DNA of 64,000 nucleotides from Podarcis gaigeae (Eukaryota): NCBI GenBank assembly GCA_964106915.2, contig OZ066928.1; one strand, 5' to 3'. Shown piece by piece: positions 48,365 to 61,566 of this stretch (position 1 is its first letter; each line of letters starts with the position of its first letter). The notes under the pieces were generated by a model. It saw only the letters and a program-made list of their open reading frames with translations, ran no database searches and was not told where the DNA came from. The position numbers and the translations under genes were made by a program.

Positions 48365-51300
48365 AGAAATATGGCATCATATTTTAAAGATATATACAGA
48401 AAGATATTTTGTCAACTTATGACATATGTGATAAATCATAAATTCAACAGAAACACAATTCGGGCAAAATTTCATTGCTAGTGTCACAGTGAGTTTTAAA
48501 CTTCTTTACAAATCCCAGGAGAAAATAAAACGTGGCGGATACAATTTTTCAAGCGCCAGGAAAGAGTGTTCCACAACAAAAACTGGAAAGAAGCTGCACA
48601 TAAGCCTCAGACAGTAGTACTGGAGAAAAACATTCTCATGAACGTCACTAAGAATAAAGGAGTAGCTTTCGTAGTGCCATAATTTATTAGACTCGCTTTT
48701 TGGACTGCATAAATTATTTTCTGTGGATAGGATTAAAGTAATATGTTTTTGTCAAACTACTTGCCAAATGGTCTCATTCTACAACAAAACATTTGAATAG
48801 AGCTATGAACAAAGCTGTTACTATATTTAAAAAGGGCCCTTAAACTATGTCTAATATGCACAACTGTGAGGGTGGAATTCTATACACTAATACAATTGTT
48901 CCATCAACACAAGCATTTCTGCTTGCTAGATGGCTTGCTAGATCTCTTCCTATGTGCTGTTCTGGGGTTCTCCCAACTCTCCAGAGCATATTTGGGGGAA
49001 GCATGGGGGGAGGAGAGGGAGTAAAGTCCGCTTGTGCTGGCTTAGGCAAGCAATACTGGGTTAAGTTGACTCCAGTCTTGAGTATGCTGCAATTCTATGG
49101 GAACACAGAGAAGTCGCAGAATTCAGTTTCCTGAGATAAACAACTTCCAGTTTCTTTTAAAAAGCAAGCACGTAGTTCCTTGCTAGTTTCCTAGCAAAGT
49201 ATGCTTGAAAGTGGGTAGCCTGTAGAAATTAGGCTGAGTAAGATTTCCATAGCTTTAATGCCTTGCAAGATTCCTGTTCTGGCAAAACTGAAAACAGCCA
49301 TGTAGTAAATAAATAATTACAAGGTAATGTTTATAATTACATTCATTTGCATCATTTATTAATGCTGCAAAGTACTGGTTTTCATGGCAAGGAATAGAAA
49401 TAGAGGTTTTTTAGAGCACCTACTCCAGACAAAAGTGCTCTAGGTCCTGGAAGAATGCAGTCAATAACTAAAACTACAGCATTCTGGACTACTGATGGTG
49501 AATTCACATGGCCCTTCTGCAATCATTTAATGTCAAGATCTAAATAGATTCCATTATTGTGGCCAGGTATAACACATTGCATATTTCTTAGCCATGGCAC
49601 AAATAATACCTAAATTTAAATACTATTTATATAAAAACACATTTCTGTGTTTCTATGGTTGGTAGGAGCTTTCCCCCACTTTTTCTTCTCCATGATCCAA
49701 GAAGGTAGCAGTTGAACAGAAACCATTTCTTATTCAGAAATAGGAGGAATTCACAGCACCAAACACTAGATTTGTACCTTCAATCCAATGCCACACTTCC
49801 ATTGGCAGAAAGCATTTTCTGCATATGGAAGGGCCATTTTGAGCTAGTAAAGAATGTTGGGTGAGAAAAACAAGCCTAGAGCCAAATAAATTGTTGCATT
49901 TGCACAAACTCCTCTGGAAAACTTTGTATGAGATCCTTACAATACATTTTGGTGACCTGCTAGTGTGCATATGCTTCAGCCTGTGTTTTTAGCTCACCAT
50001 GTTTCTCATCCTTTGATGCAACCCATAGAATATAATAGTTGCACTGCAAGAGGATGTCTGCTACTGCTTGCGCAAGATTTCAAAAATATAGCATTAATAC
50101 ATTTTTTCCTCCCAATTGTTTGCATCCCTGACAGGAACGCACCATTAATTGCAAGATACCACTTTTAATTCTGAGTCCTATTACATAAGGACTACAGTTT
50201 TTCAATTCTTTTTGTTTATTGCCCAAGTAACCCTGTGTGAAATATATTTTCTAAAATGTGTGAAATACATTTTCTAGAATAGGGAAATAAAATGTGATTT
50301 TTTTGTTGCAAACCTTTAAAAAAAAAACTTCATTCCAAGGCAAACTTCACAATTCTTAACAAAATGAAGCTTCTAAATGTTAAGAAAATCACCTAACCCT
50401 CCCTAAAATTTAAGGATAGTGTCCTTGGCTTAGGTTTGGATACAGTTGGATGCAACCCACCTACCCAGGAAATTTCTAACTGTGTTATTCCTGCAGGAGC
50501 TAGAGTTGCACACCTGCAGAGAGATTAAACAATTACCTTATTACTACAGATTCTTTCTACTGTTCATACTGCCAGGGGACCAAGAATAATTTGCTCTTCC
50601 AGCTTCCTAGAACCTCCTTAGGGATACCTACTTCCCACTCTAAAGAACTTGGATCTGAATGCAGTACCTACCAAACTGTATTTTCCTTTATTCAGTCATG
50701 GAAAACGTCCTTGGCTCCAAGGGAGATGCTGGAAATGTATCATAAACTGCAGAGCTCCTAAAGGCCTTCTATAGTATCATTTAACTAACAATTTTGCAAA
50801 GCTCTGATTAATTTATCTTCCCCACCATTTTTAAATAAGTTATTTTTTTAAACATCAGCAATGGGAAAGGGGAATAGGAAGAATGAATCAAGATTATAGC
50901 ATTTCTAAAAAAGGAACTTATCTATTGCAAAATGTGCCTGGAAAAAAATTCAAGTGCAACTATGATGTCCACCGCCTGCTTTAATAGATAGTCTGGAAAT
51001 TTCATCCAATGAATACAAATATTCATTTTTTTGTAAAGATGCTGAGCATTGCAGGATGAAACTCAACAGAAATACATTCTCCTGTAAAAATAAGCTTAAA
51101 CCCTGTTCTCTCTGGCAGCTCTCTATAGGCATTAGGCACAGCTTCCCAATGCACATACAGTGCATTAGACTGCTACAAAATAGACACACTGGTGTGTTTT
51201 TTTTAAAAAAATGCTGCGTGACAAGAGGTACAGCTGCAACAAACTCCTTAACTCTAAATAAGCTATGGAGGAAAGGGGGGGGGGGAGAGGTGATATGCCT

Positions 51301-52281
51301 ACAACAGCCAAGGGTTCCAGTATGTTACAGAGTATGCTGTCTTACATTACTATGTTTTAACTGCGGTGTGCAACCCTCTTGTGTTGAATTTATTCCCCAT
51401 CTTAGATTTGTAGCTGAAATTCAAAATATTTTATTTTCATTTACATCTTAGAAATAAAACTAGTGTGGCCCTTTCTTTTATTCTATGCAAACACTATCAA
51501 AGGGGTGCTACCAATACACTCTGCCTTCTACGAGTTTTGAAGAACACCACTAGAAAATGACAATATTCTCCAAGACATGACAACTGCAAACTCAGTCAGA
51601 ATGTGATATTTGTAGCACCCTCTGTAGCATTTCCATCCGTTATTTCCATTCAAGTAACTTTGCAAGAAAAACTACAGTAACAAGGTCCACTGTTTTTCCT
51701 GTACAGTAATACATATTGAGCAATATTGTTCATCGAACACTCCATTAATGTAGCTGTAGACCAGGGGTGTACATCTCAAAGAGTTATGGTGGGGGCACTA
51801 TTATATTTTCGTTAAGAAGACCATATTATTACATTAATCATAAAAAGCATTTCTGTTACATATGACAAAGTAAACTATCCATGCCTGATGAACCTTTCTT
51901 TGAATCACAGCATTCTGATAAGAAGCGTCCTAAAAAGTACTTTATGCTAAGAACTTCCCCTAAAATGCATTGCCACAAGCGAGTGTTGTGGGGCACAGCC
52001 TCAGTTTGCATAGAACAACATGCAGGGCATCCAGTAGTTGTTCAACTGCAATTTAAGTTTTCCTCAAGAAAGGATGGCTCTACCTAGGGTGTCATGTTTA
52101 ATTCTATTTGTCCTCTGTTGTCTTTCTTTCCCATGTTTTGAGAAAAAATATGGTATTTGGGTACGGTGTTGCTTCTTGTGACTATTAGCGCCTGTTGTCT
52201 TTTTGTTTTAAATTTGATTTAATAAACAAAATAGAGCAATTGTGGAGTAGGGATTCCAAGGCAGCGCAACTGCTAAACATC

Positions 52282-52631
52282 AAGGTAAAGGTAAAGGTAC
52301 CCCTGCCCGTACGGTCCAGTCTTGACAGACACTAGGGTTGTGCACTCATCTCACTCTAGAGGCCGGGAGCCAGCGCTGTCCACAGACACTTCCGGGTCAC
52401 GTGGCCAGCGTGACGACGCTGCTCCAGGGAACTGGCACCACACGGAAATGCCGTTTACCTTCCTGCTATAAAGCGGTACCTATTTATCTACTTGTACTTA
52501 AGGGTGCTTTCGAACTGCTAGGTGGGCAGGAGCTGGGACCGAACAACGGGAGCTCACCCCGCTGCAGGGATTCGAACCGCCGACCATGCGATCGGCAAGT
52601 CCTAGGCGCTGAGGATTTACCCACAGCATCA
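52282..52631 (-). mobile_element. Sauria SINE, near full length
   Basis: The minus strand has a tRNA-derived head with box B GGTTCGAATCC, the conserved CCTAGCAGTTCGAAAGCA and AGTAGATAAATAGGTACCGC blocks, and an (ACCTTT)n tail. Confidence 0.9.
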
Positions 52632-52838
52632 AGGTAGAGGGGTAGAATTTTTTATGTTTCCTCACACTGACTTCAATGGGAGAGGAATGGCAATGCCAGT
52701 CAAAGGGTTGACATGCTTTGGGGCCAATTTGGCAGCCATGTCTGAAGAACAAAAGGCTTCAGACCCCGCAAATCCATGATTGCCTACAGCATGCCCCCTG
52801 AATGCCACACCCCCCCTCTTGGCACAGCAGCATTTATA

Positions 52839-53050
52839 CAGTCATAGCTCGAATTACAGACGCTTCAGGTTGCGTTTTTTCGGGTTGCGGACTGCCCAAA
52901 CCTGGAAGTACCAGAACGGGTTACTTCTGGGTTTCGGCGGTCGCGCATGTGCAGAAGACCAAATTGCAACCTGCGCGTGCGCAGACGTGCCGCTGGGGGT
53001 TGCGAACATGCATCCTGCATGGATCATGTTCGCAACCCGAGCATCCACTG
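52839..53050. mobile_element. Tc1/mariner MITE
   Basis: TA|CAGTCATAGCTCG...CGAGCATCCACTG|TA; related to 29174-29427 in the opposite orientation. Confidence 0.8.
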
Positions 53051-53280
53051 TACTGTTTCGCCATTGATGAAAGCCTGGTAAAATACTGATTCTAATTTCA
53101 ACAACAAACAAGGGGGGGATCTGTATTTTTCCTGTTCATTTGGACTCTAAGAACACAACATCCGTAGGATTTGGGGGTGATGATGATAGAGATAAATACT
53201 TGCTAAAGCTTCAAATTATAAAAATGTAGTAACTCAAAGCTGGTTCAAGTGGCTTTTTAAAAAGAACAAGCAAGGAATCA

Positions 53281-53582
53281 CATGGAAGATGTAATAAGCT
53301 TGTTATCTCCTGTTCTGGAGGGTAGGACTCAAGCCAATGGCTTCAAATTACAAGAAAGAAGATTACAACTAAACACCAGGAAAAACTTTCTGACTGCAAG
53401 AGCAGTTTGACAGTGGAACATTCTCCCTCAGGAGGTTTAGGTGTCTCCTTCCTTGGAGGTTTTTAAGCAGAGGTTGGGTGGCCATCTGTCATGGATGCTT
53501 TAGCTGACATTCCTACATTGCAGGGGATTGGACTAGATGACCCCTGGGGTACCATCCAACTCTAAGATTCTATGATTCTATA
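53281..53582 (+). mobile_element. CR1 LINE 3' end
   Basis: Encodes NGFKLQERRLQLNTRKNFLTARAV*QWNILP...SPSLEVFKQRLGGHLSWML* and ends in the CR1 octamer repeat GATTCTATGATTCTAT. Confidence 0.92.
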
Positions 53583-53866
53583 AATTTCGACTGGCATATG
53601 GATATAAGAAGGAATCTTAATAACCACCCATAGAGACATCTATTTTTTGCTGCCAATAAATATATCATTATAATATCTCTGATAAAAGCCTACATGGATC
53701 ATTTTCTGCATACCGTTGCACATATTTAAACATTTATCCCAAACATGGAGATAAGTTTTTTTTTAAATAAAATAAAATGACTTCTTCATTATTCTGCTGA
53801 ACACAGCTGTCCTACAGCTGAGAAGAAATATATCTCTAGGTGCCTTGAAATACCAGATTCACAGTA

Positions 53867-54222
53867 CAGTGGTGCCTCGCAAGACGAAATTAATCCATTC
53901 CGTGAGGCTCTTCGTATAGTGTTTTTTTCGTCTTGCGAAGCAAGCCCATTGACAGCTTAGCGGATTAGCGCTACAGCTGTCAAGCGGCTTCCAGCGATCA
54001 GCTGTTAAGCGGCTTATCAGCGGAACAGCCGATAAGCGACTTAGCGGCTTAAGAAAAGGGCGGAAAAAGCGGGAAAAAACCGCGGGGGGATGCAAGATTT
54101 TTTTCGTCTTGCGAAGCAACCCCATAGGGGAATTCGTTTTGCGAAGCGCCTCCAAAACGGAAAACCCTTTCGTCTAGCGGGTTTTTCATCTTGCGAGGCG
54201 TTCATCTTGCGGGGCACCACTG
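53867..54222. mobile_element. Young Tc1/mariner (Tigger-like) MITE, CpG-rich
   Basis: 22-bp TIR CAGTGGTGCCTCGCAAGACGAA with 2 mismatches; TA TSD; internal TTCGTCTTGCGAAG and AGCGG repeats. Confidence 0.9.
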
Positions 54223-54262
54223 TATTACTTTACTATAAGCACATTATAGTGGATACTAATAT

Positions 54263-54637
54263 AAAGGTGAAGGACCCCCTGGACAGTTAAGTCCAGTCAA
54301 AGGTGACTATGGGGTGCAGCATTCATCTCACTTTTCAGGGCGAAGGAGTCAGCGTTTGTCCAGATAGCTTTCTGGGTCATGTGGTCAGCATGACTAAACC
54401 GCTACTGGTGCACAGAGGACCATGACGAGTGCCAGAGCGCACGGAAACGCCACTTACCTTCCTGCCACAGCGGTACCTATTTATCTACTCACGCTGGTAT
54501 GCTTTCGAACTGCTAGGTTGGCAGAAGCTGGGACAGAGCAACGGAAGCTCACCCCATCTTGCAGATTTGAACTGTCGACCTTCTGTTGGCAAGGGCAAGA
54601 GGCTCAGTGGTTTAGACCACAGCACCACCTGCATCCC
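54263..54637 (-). mobile_element. Sauria SINE, full length, different subfamily from the 52282 copy
   Basis: Same conserved blocks (GCGGTACCTATTTATCTACT, GCTTTCGAACTGCTAGG), a tRNA-like head and a short ACCTTT tail. Confidence 0.9.
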
Positions 54638-57054
54638 TTACTGCATATTGCACCAGTGCAGATTAACTTAAGTGAGACTCTTCCAAAATCAAGGTCCACT
54701 AGAACACCAGCAAATTCAAGTAGTGCAAAAGTGGTGAACAGATTCCCAACAGAGGTATGCAGTAGTTTGGAAAGTTTGTTCGCCCTTTCTCAGGCGGTTG
54801 GTTTTGCGGGAGGGCCCCGAGCCTCCTCGTGAACTGCCCTATTGCAGGCCGGATCGTCCTCCTGCCACCAAATTGGCCAATGGCGGCAGGAATTAGTGGT
54901 TGTTCCCTGGGGCACGGGACCAACTGACCAATTGTGGCCCTTGGCACAACACCAAGTTTAAATTTCCGATATGCTGGGCCTTTCGGCCTCTCTCTCACTG
55001 CAGGGCCTTGATAGGCAATAGACTACAGTATAGTTTGCACTGCAGCGAAGATTTGCCATTGTCATATCACAGGTGTGGGTTCCGACTTGCCTTGTGCTGT
55101 GGGATTAGTCTGAAAACAGCTTGGGTGCCTATATCTCTGCACATAAAACCTGTTTAGATTCTCAGGATGCTAAATAAAAGTCATCAGATCCTGCGCAAAA
55201 TGCCCAAGGTTAAATCTAGTTTCTCTTCTGAAAATACAAAAGTCTATGACTCTCTTGCAACATAGCTGACACCATTATCAATTCCCATGCCAATGTTATT
55301 TCTGGCAAGCAGTTCAGCTGTAAAATCCTTTCACAGCATAGGAAGCCAAAGACAACTTTAACAGTCTCTGTGGAGGTTTCAAGAGCGGGTGTGTGAGTGT
55401 GTGTGGAAGACATATGCACTGTTTATCTGTTGGTTGGTGCTATTGCATCTTAATGCCTCAATTATTGCCCTAAGAACAGTAAGCAATTCATAACAATAAG
55501 AAGTTTTCATGCTTCTCATTTTAAATAAATATATATTAACTAGATATAAAAACAAAACAAAAACTATTTTAATCAAGTTCCAACTGCCATCTGTTCAGTC
55601 TGGTAGGCAAGTAGTTTCTTGAACAGATGTCCCAAAGTAGGAAGCTTGCAACATGCAAAGTGGACTTAAATAGAATAAAGGCTTCCCAGATGAGCACTTA
55701 GGAGACGTGTTGCATTACAGTGCATTTTGCACCTATCCCAGCCCTCTTGAAAACAGGAGCTGGAGTTTGAACATAAAAAGTAAAATTGTGTCCGAACAAT
55801 TCCTGCTCAAAGTTCAGAAGAGAAACAAGCAAACACACAAACAGGATGCCAAACAGGCAAACTAGACTTTTTTAAAAAAGCCTCACTTGGGATGGCCAAT
55901 AAATAGCAGAGCATCTAATTTATCTTCATACTTCTAAACTGGGTTGTCTGTGTTTAGGCATCTTGGTAACCTAAATGGGTTGGGGTGGTGAGGGTAAGGA
56001 GGTTGAGAAAATATCTCTACAGATAATAGAACCAAACATTCGCAGAAAAATATCGAAGTTTGAAAAATACCTCCTGCATCCCAACCCAAACTTCTAAATA
56101 GATTGTTGGTGTGCACTTCCCTAATTCTGCCAGGGAGTACCTCTCAGCAGGAGAAGGCTCATACAGATTATAGCTCTATGCACACAGATGATGTGAAATG
56201 ATGTTGCTTAAGTCAACATAAGACGACAATCTGTTGAGTCCCTGAAAATTTATCCTTCTGGTGGTGAAGATGCTTGCCAATTCCTGCAGAAAGGACTACA
56301 ACGAGAGAGAAACTTTACTATGGAAAGGATATTCAGGATTGAGTGGGATTCAACTTTTCGGTACAGACCACACAACCCCTGTTCTCAGAGCCAATTCTCC
56401 CCATCCAAGAAGCTGTTTAGCAATGAAGAGGCAACATCTCATATTGATACAACTGCTTTCAGTAACAAGAACTTCCCCATCCTCCCATGCAGAATGGATT
56501 GTGCTGTTTCACATTTTATAATCAGTCAATTGCTGACTACAGCATTTTAATGAACAAAATGCTTTAGAGGACCACAGCAACCAAGGCTAATTAAATATAT
56601 CCAAAGCTGACAGATCAAAAGACTAGCATGATTTTACTCAATATGTCATGCATTCTATTCTGTGGTTGCACAGACAGGCATACTTAATAGTCTGAAAAGC
56701 ACATTATAGACTGTCAACATATAAACAAATGAAGGACTCTCAGCAACAGAATGCCATATTGCTCCAATCTAGCTCACTATAGGATACTGAATCTTCTTCC
56801 ACACCTATGTAACCTAAACTAATTTTCAATGGAACTTTAATTATTTTATGAAGTACAGTTTTCTAGAACAATTGTTTTTCAGTCCACAGTGCGTAGAAAT
56901 ATGGATGCTCAGTCTGATGAACTAATTACCTCTGTGTATGACTGTGTATGAAAAAGCATAAAGAAAGAAAAATTCTATTCTAATCTGGAAGTGAAAACAA
57001 ATTGGAAATATGTGCAACTGTGTTTGTTATGGACTTGTTTCTTTTTTCAACAAG

Positions 57055-57248
57055 GTCCTTGGAGAGACTGCCTGCAAGCTTTAGAAGATGGTCATGACAC
57101 CAGTTCCATATATCTTGTGAAACCTGAAAATACAAACCGATTGATGCAGGTCTGGTGTGATCAACGGCAAGATCCTGGTGGCTGGACAGTCATTCAGAGA
57201 CGTTTGGATGGATCTGTCAACTTTTTCAGGAACTGGGAGACTTACAAG
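57055..57248 (+). CDS. ANGPTL2: ANGPTL2 second coding exon (194 bp), start of the fibrinogen-like domain
   Basis: cttttttcaacaAG|GTCCTTGG...TACAAG|GTtagg; translates (G)PWRDCLQALEDGHDTSSIYLVKPENTNRLMQVWCDQRQDPGGWTVIQRRLDGSVNFFRNWETYK; phase 1 to phase 0. Confidence 0.97.
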
Positions 57249-58612
57249 GTTAGGACAAAAAACTGTGAGTTTTTATTCTAAGAAACATTATTTGAATCCA
57301 TGTTTCAGTCTTTCCAACAATAATTTACCTGAAGTAGTTAGGGCACTTGATTACATCCATGACAGAAGGAGGAGTACCTGAACTATTTAAAATGTCGCTG
57401 TCAAAGGCAGCAAAACACGGACCATTTCTCCCTGGGCCTCTTAATCATATAGTTTCAGCTGGACTTCAACAATATTCTCCTAGGAATTTGGTATCTGGAG
57501 TATTATCAATAAATAATAAGGTGGGGACAACCATCAGAAAGAAAGATTTGGGTTTTAAAAAGGATTAGAATGTACAAGGAAACAAGAAAGCACACAATTT
57601 TAAGTACTGGCAGTATTTAAGTCAAAAGAGAAGGTCTGCAGATAGGGACTGCAGATGGGTTGATTAAAGTCAAAGTGAGGAATGGAGTTGAAATGAAGGT
57701 GAAGAAGTCTGGTAGCATAACTTAAAGGCACACAATCAACACCATGAAAGATCTGTAGTAGTAAGCTGTTTACTACTTTTTGCATGTGCACTAAGTATTT
57801 ATGGAAAGGCTAATTTATATGGAAAAGGAAAGATAAGAAGTTCCAATCCTATAATTCTATTTGGGTTGGACTGCAGGGAGCAGCAAAAATGTCATTTGTG
57901 CCTGAGAATAGCTTTCCAGAAAAAGTGCAAGGACAAGCCATCCATTGCAGAACTTGGCTTGAGGCCCAAGACCCTTGAGGGCTCAAACACATAGTTTAAT
58001 ATAAGGATAAGCTCAGAGGTGCAATTCACACATTATTCTAATGGCTGGTTCCCTGAGACTTTTTCTGATGTCACTCCAGTAGAGAATAATCAATGTCAGT
58101 GTGTGAGTGAGCATCTTGGAGCCCTGTCTTTGGTGCAAATAACATGGTTCCTTGCCTCCCAAACTTTATCCCCCTTTCTTGGCAGGACAATATTTGGGAG
58201 GAAAAGAACAACAGTATTGGCCCTACACATTGGGTTCCAAGATATACACACCACCAGGCAACCTGGGAATAAGCCATCGGAAATAAGACTCCCATGATAT
58301 AAAGATGAAGTGTGAAGTGTGCTTAGATTTTCAAGGACCAAAAGAGGGAGGAATCTTCCTTGACTATTTTTTAACTGACATAGAAAGAAGCAGCAGGGCA
58401 TGAATTCAAAGAGGTAGGCACGCATCCACAGGAAGCCAGCGATCTACTTAGTTTGGAAAATGACCCACAGTTCAGAGCCAGATGGTGATTTTCAGATTGT
58501 CAGCCCAGAAACATCACAATCTCACTGCAGCTAAGTACACCGTATGAGTGTTACAAAAGATCAATGCCAAGTGCTAATTCATATTTTCTTTTTTATTTTC
58601 TTTCTTCTACAG

Positions 58613-58883
58613 CAAGGATTCGGTAATATTGATGGAGAGTACTGGTTGGGCTTAGAAAATATTTATTGGCTGACAAATCAAGGCAACTACAAATTGTTAA
58701 TAACCATGGAAGACTGGTCAGGCCGGAAAGTGTTTGCTGAATATGCCAGTTTCCGACTTGAGCCAGAAAGTGAATACTACAAGTTGCGACTGGGGCGATA
58801 CAATGGCAATGCTGGAGACTCTTTCACATGGCACAATGGGAAGCAATTCACTACACTGGACAGAGACCATGATGTATACACAG
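58613..58883 (+). CDS. ANGPTL2: ANGPTL2 third coding exon (271 bp), fibrinogen-like domain
   Basis: Long pyrimidine tract then tacAG|CAAGGATTC; translates QGFGNIDGEYWLGLENIYWLTNQGNYKLL...KQFTTLDRDHDVYT(G); donor CAG|GTacaa; phase 0 to phase 1. Confidence 0.97.
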
Positions 58884-59915
58884 GTACAAAAAATTAAAAT
58901 AAGCTATGAACTCTATGTGAAGGCACATAAAAATGTATATGAAAACATTTTATTTTTATATATTAAATAAATTGAAAAAATATATTATTCTGGATGTCAG
59001 GAACATACCAAATGTACAACTACAGATATAAGTTCGTAACCAAATCCTTGTCTGGAGTTCCCAGGCATTCTGCAAGCAGTCCATCTGACATGCTTCTATA
59101 TTTCTAGAAGTAGCAAAATAGGCAGGAAAGTGGGTGAGACAAAACAGCCAAAAGGAACTGCGGGTAGAGCAGGCATGGCAGGAGATGTAACAGCCTGGAG
59201 ACCTATCCAGATATTATAATGCCTAAGAGGCTCAAGCCAGAGATGGGCAGATGGGCTTTGCAGGATCTATTTTGTTTTTATTGGAAACCCTGGGGCCCAC
59301 CAAGCAAATCCTAGTGAGAAAAGACATACACTTAGAATTAAAGAACTGTGAGCCCAGGAATTTGTTCTGCGTCACTGAAACTGGGTGGGACTCACAGTCC
59401 TTCCACACAAGAATCCCAAAGCTTGGTTGTCCCAAGCTTTCTTCATTTCAGCAGTATAACTGGGGTGGGGGAGTCATTTCACTTCTCTATTGTTAAACAA
59501 CTGGGAGTAAGAAAGCTTTGTCAATTACCCAGAGATCTACAAGCAGATCAAGATTTACCTTCTGTCCACTCCTAATTTAGGCTTCCTAGAAGCTTGCTAA
59601 GCAGTTCCAGTAGCCAATCAGGTTGCAACATACCAACAAGCAACTGGTGGAGCTGATGCACTTAAAACTGCCAAGGGCAGAAAAGCCCAACCAGGAAATA
59701 CAAGCCACACACCAAGGAGCCCCAGTTTTTGACTTGGCTTTGTAGTGAACCATATCTGTAGTTGCCACCAATCTTGCCTCCTCTGCCAAGTTCTCTGCAT
59801 GTCCTGAGGTTTTGTTCTGACGAGAGACAGAAGCATCAAGAACCTTGCAAATGGAAAAGCACCAAGTTTAACTCATCCATTTATTCATAGAGTGATATTC
59901 TCCTTTCTATTACAG

Positions 59916-60115
59916 GTAACTGTGCTCATTACCAGAAAGGGGGATGGTGGTACAATGCATGTGCACACTCGAATCTCAATGGTGTTTGGTACAGAGGAGG
60001 ACACTACCGAAGTCGATATCAAGATGGTGTCTATTGGGCTGAGTTCCGTGGAGGCTCATACTCACTGAAGAAGGTTATCATGATGATCAGACCTAATCCC
60101 AACACATTCCACTAA
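59916..60115 (+). CDS. ANGPTL2: ANGPTL2 last coding exon (200 bp to stop); not in the ORF track
   Basis: tcctttctattacAG|GTAACTGT; translates (G)[65 protein letters not shown] then TAA. The spliced CDS is 799+194+271+200 = 1464 nt, i.e. 487 aa plus stop. Confidence 0.97.
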
Positions 60116-60665
60116 AAGGAACTTCTCAAGCCTTTTATATAACAGTTTTGTGTGCTATCCAGAACACATCTTTGCACCAGCAAAGAATGTAATATATTGT
60201 ACATTGACCGCTATTAATCAGAGGACTTGTATATTGTATTTTCCAAGAATCGTTCCAGAACCAAAATAACAAGATTTCAAGAATGTCACCACAAAATGAT
60301 TTTTTTCTTTTTTCTTAACAGTTTTTTTTAAAGAGTTATCAGGTAAAATGGACTGTAGATAAGCTGAGATGCTAAAAATACTGCCACATCATCTGAATAT
60401 TTTTGTATGTTTTATATATTCTCAAATACTGGACATATTAAAAAACTGTACAGCAAGACTTTAAAAAATAATAAATTCATTTGACACAGGAAATAATATC
60501 CTTTGAAACTATGTAGCCAGTACAGGTATATTAGAAAGTTCCTAATTTAAACTTCTTTAGATATTGAGAGAGCGTAGTGTCTGCTTTGAAGTGTCCACAC
60601 TGTGCCCAGCACTAATAGAATCCCCTATTTTTCTTGGGTCTCAAAGCACTCTTAGAACTTAACAA

Positions 60666-60734
60666 TGAATCATTTTGTACAGGACAAACAGTCCTGAATC
60701 ATTTTGTACAGGACAAACAGATCTGACAAACAGT
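60666..60734. repeat. 29-bp tandem duplication downstream of the ANGPTL2 stop codon
   Basis: TGAATCATTTTGTACAGGACAAACAG occurs twice, plus a partial third GACAAACAGTCC. Confidence 0.9.
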
Positions 60735-61261
60735 CCAGGTTGTTATATTCACTATTAATGCACTAGGCATTATCCATAACTGACCACACAGCTATATTTC
60801 TCATAAACAAAACAGTTTCAGCATTTTTCGGTTAAACATCTGGTCATTTTAGAAGCATCTTAGATGTTACATGTTCACTGTATACTTTTGTAACCAACAC
60901 TAATACCTTTGCACCTAAATGATAGCTTATTGGTTTCAAGTTATTTTGTACCCTTAGAGTCATTACCTGCTCTGTAGTCATTGCAACAACAAAAAGAACT
61001 ATCCAATTTTGCAGGCAAATGATGGATATAGATATAGAACTTATTTAAATGCCCTTGGACATGAGATTGTGACCTTTGAGAGAGAATATGTGAAACTTAA
61101 AACTGTATTTGCCATATTTCACTATTATTGCCAAGTATACATATTGAAAGGTGATTATGCAATTATATTTATAAATAAAGTCCATGGCAGAAACTTGAAT
61201 TCAAGTATTCTGCTGAGGTAAGTTTCCAGAATAGATTATTTTATCACATGTTGCATTATAA

Positions 61262-61392
61262 CATCCTTCCCAAACCTGGTGCCCTCCAGATGTTTTAGAC
61301 CACAGTTCCCATCACTCTTAACCATTGGCCATGCTAGCTGGAGCTGAGAGCTAGACTCAGAACATCTGACTGGCACCAGTTGAATAAGGCTG
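61262..61392. mobile_element. Palindromic hAT-like MITE inside the putative long ANGPTL2 3' UTR
   Basis: CATCCTTCCCAAACCTGGTGCC...GGCACCAGTTGAATAAGGCTG; flanks CATTATAA and CGTTATAG (6/8 TSD). Confidence 0.7.
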
Positions 61393-61566
61393 CGTTATAG
61401 GAACAGTGAAAATCATACATTTAAAAACTCTTATTACCTCATTATTTCTTTCGTAACATACAATGTGTGTCAAACGTTTGGAGTGTGATGTAGCATGTCT
61501 TGTATATAAATCAAAGTAGGGATTTTAATATATTATCTGATTATCCTTGTAATGATGCAAATGTGT

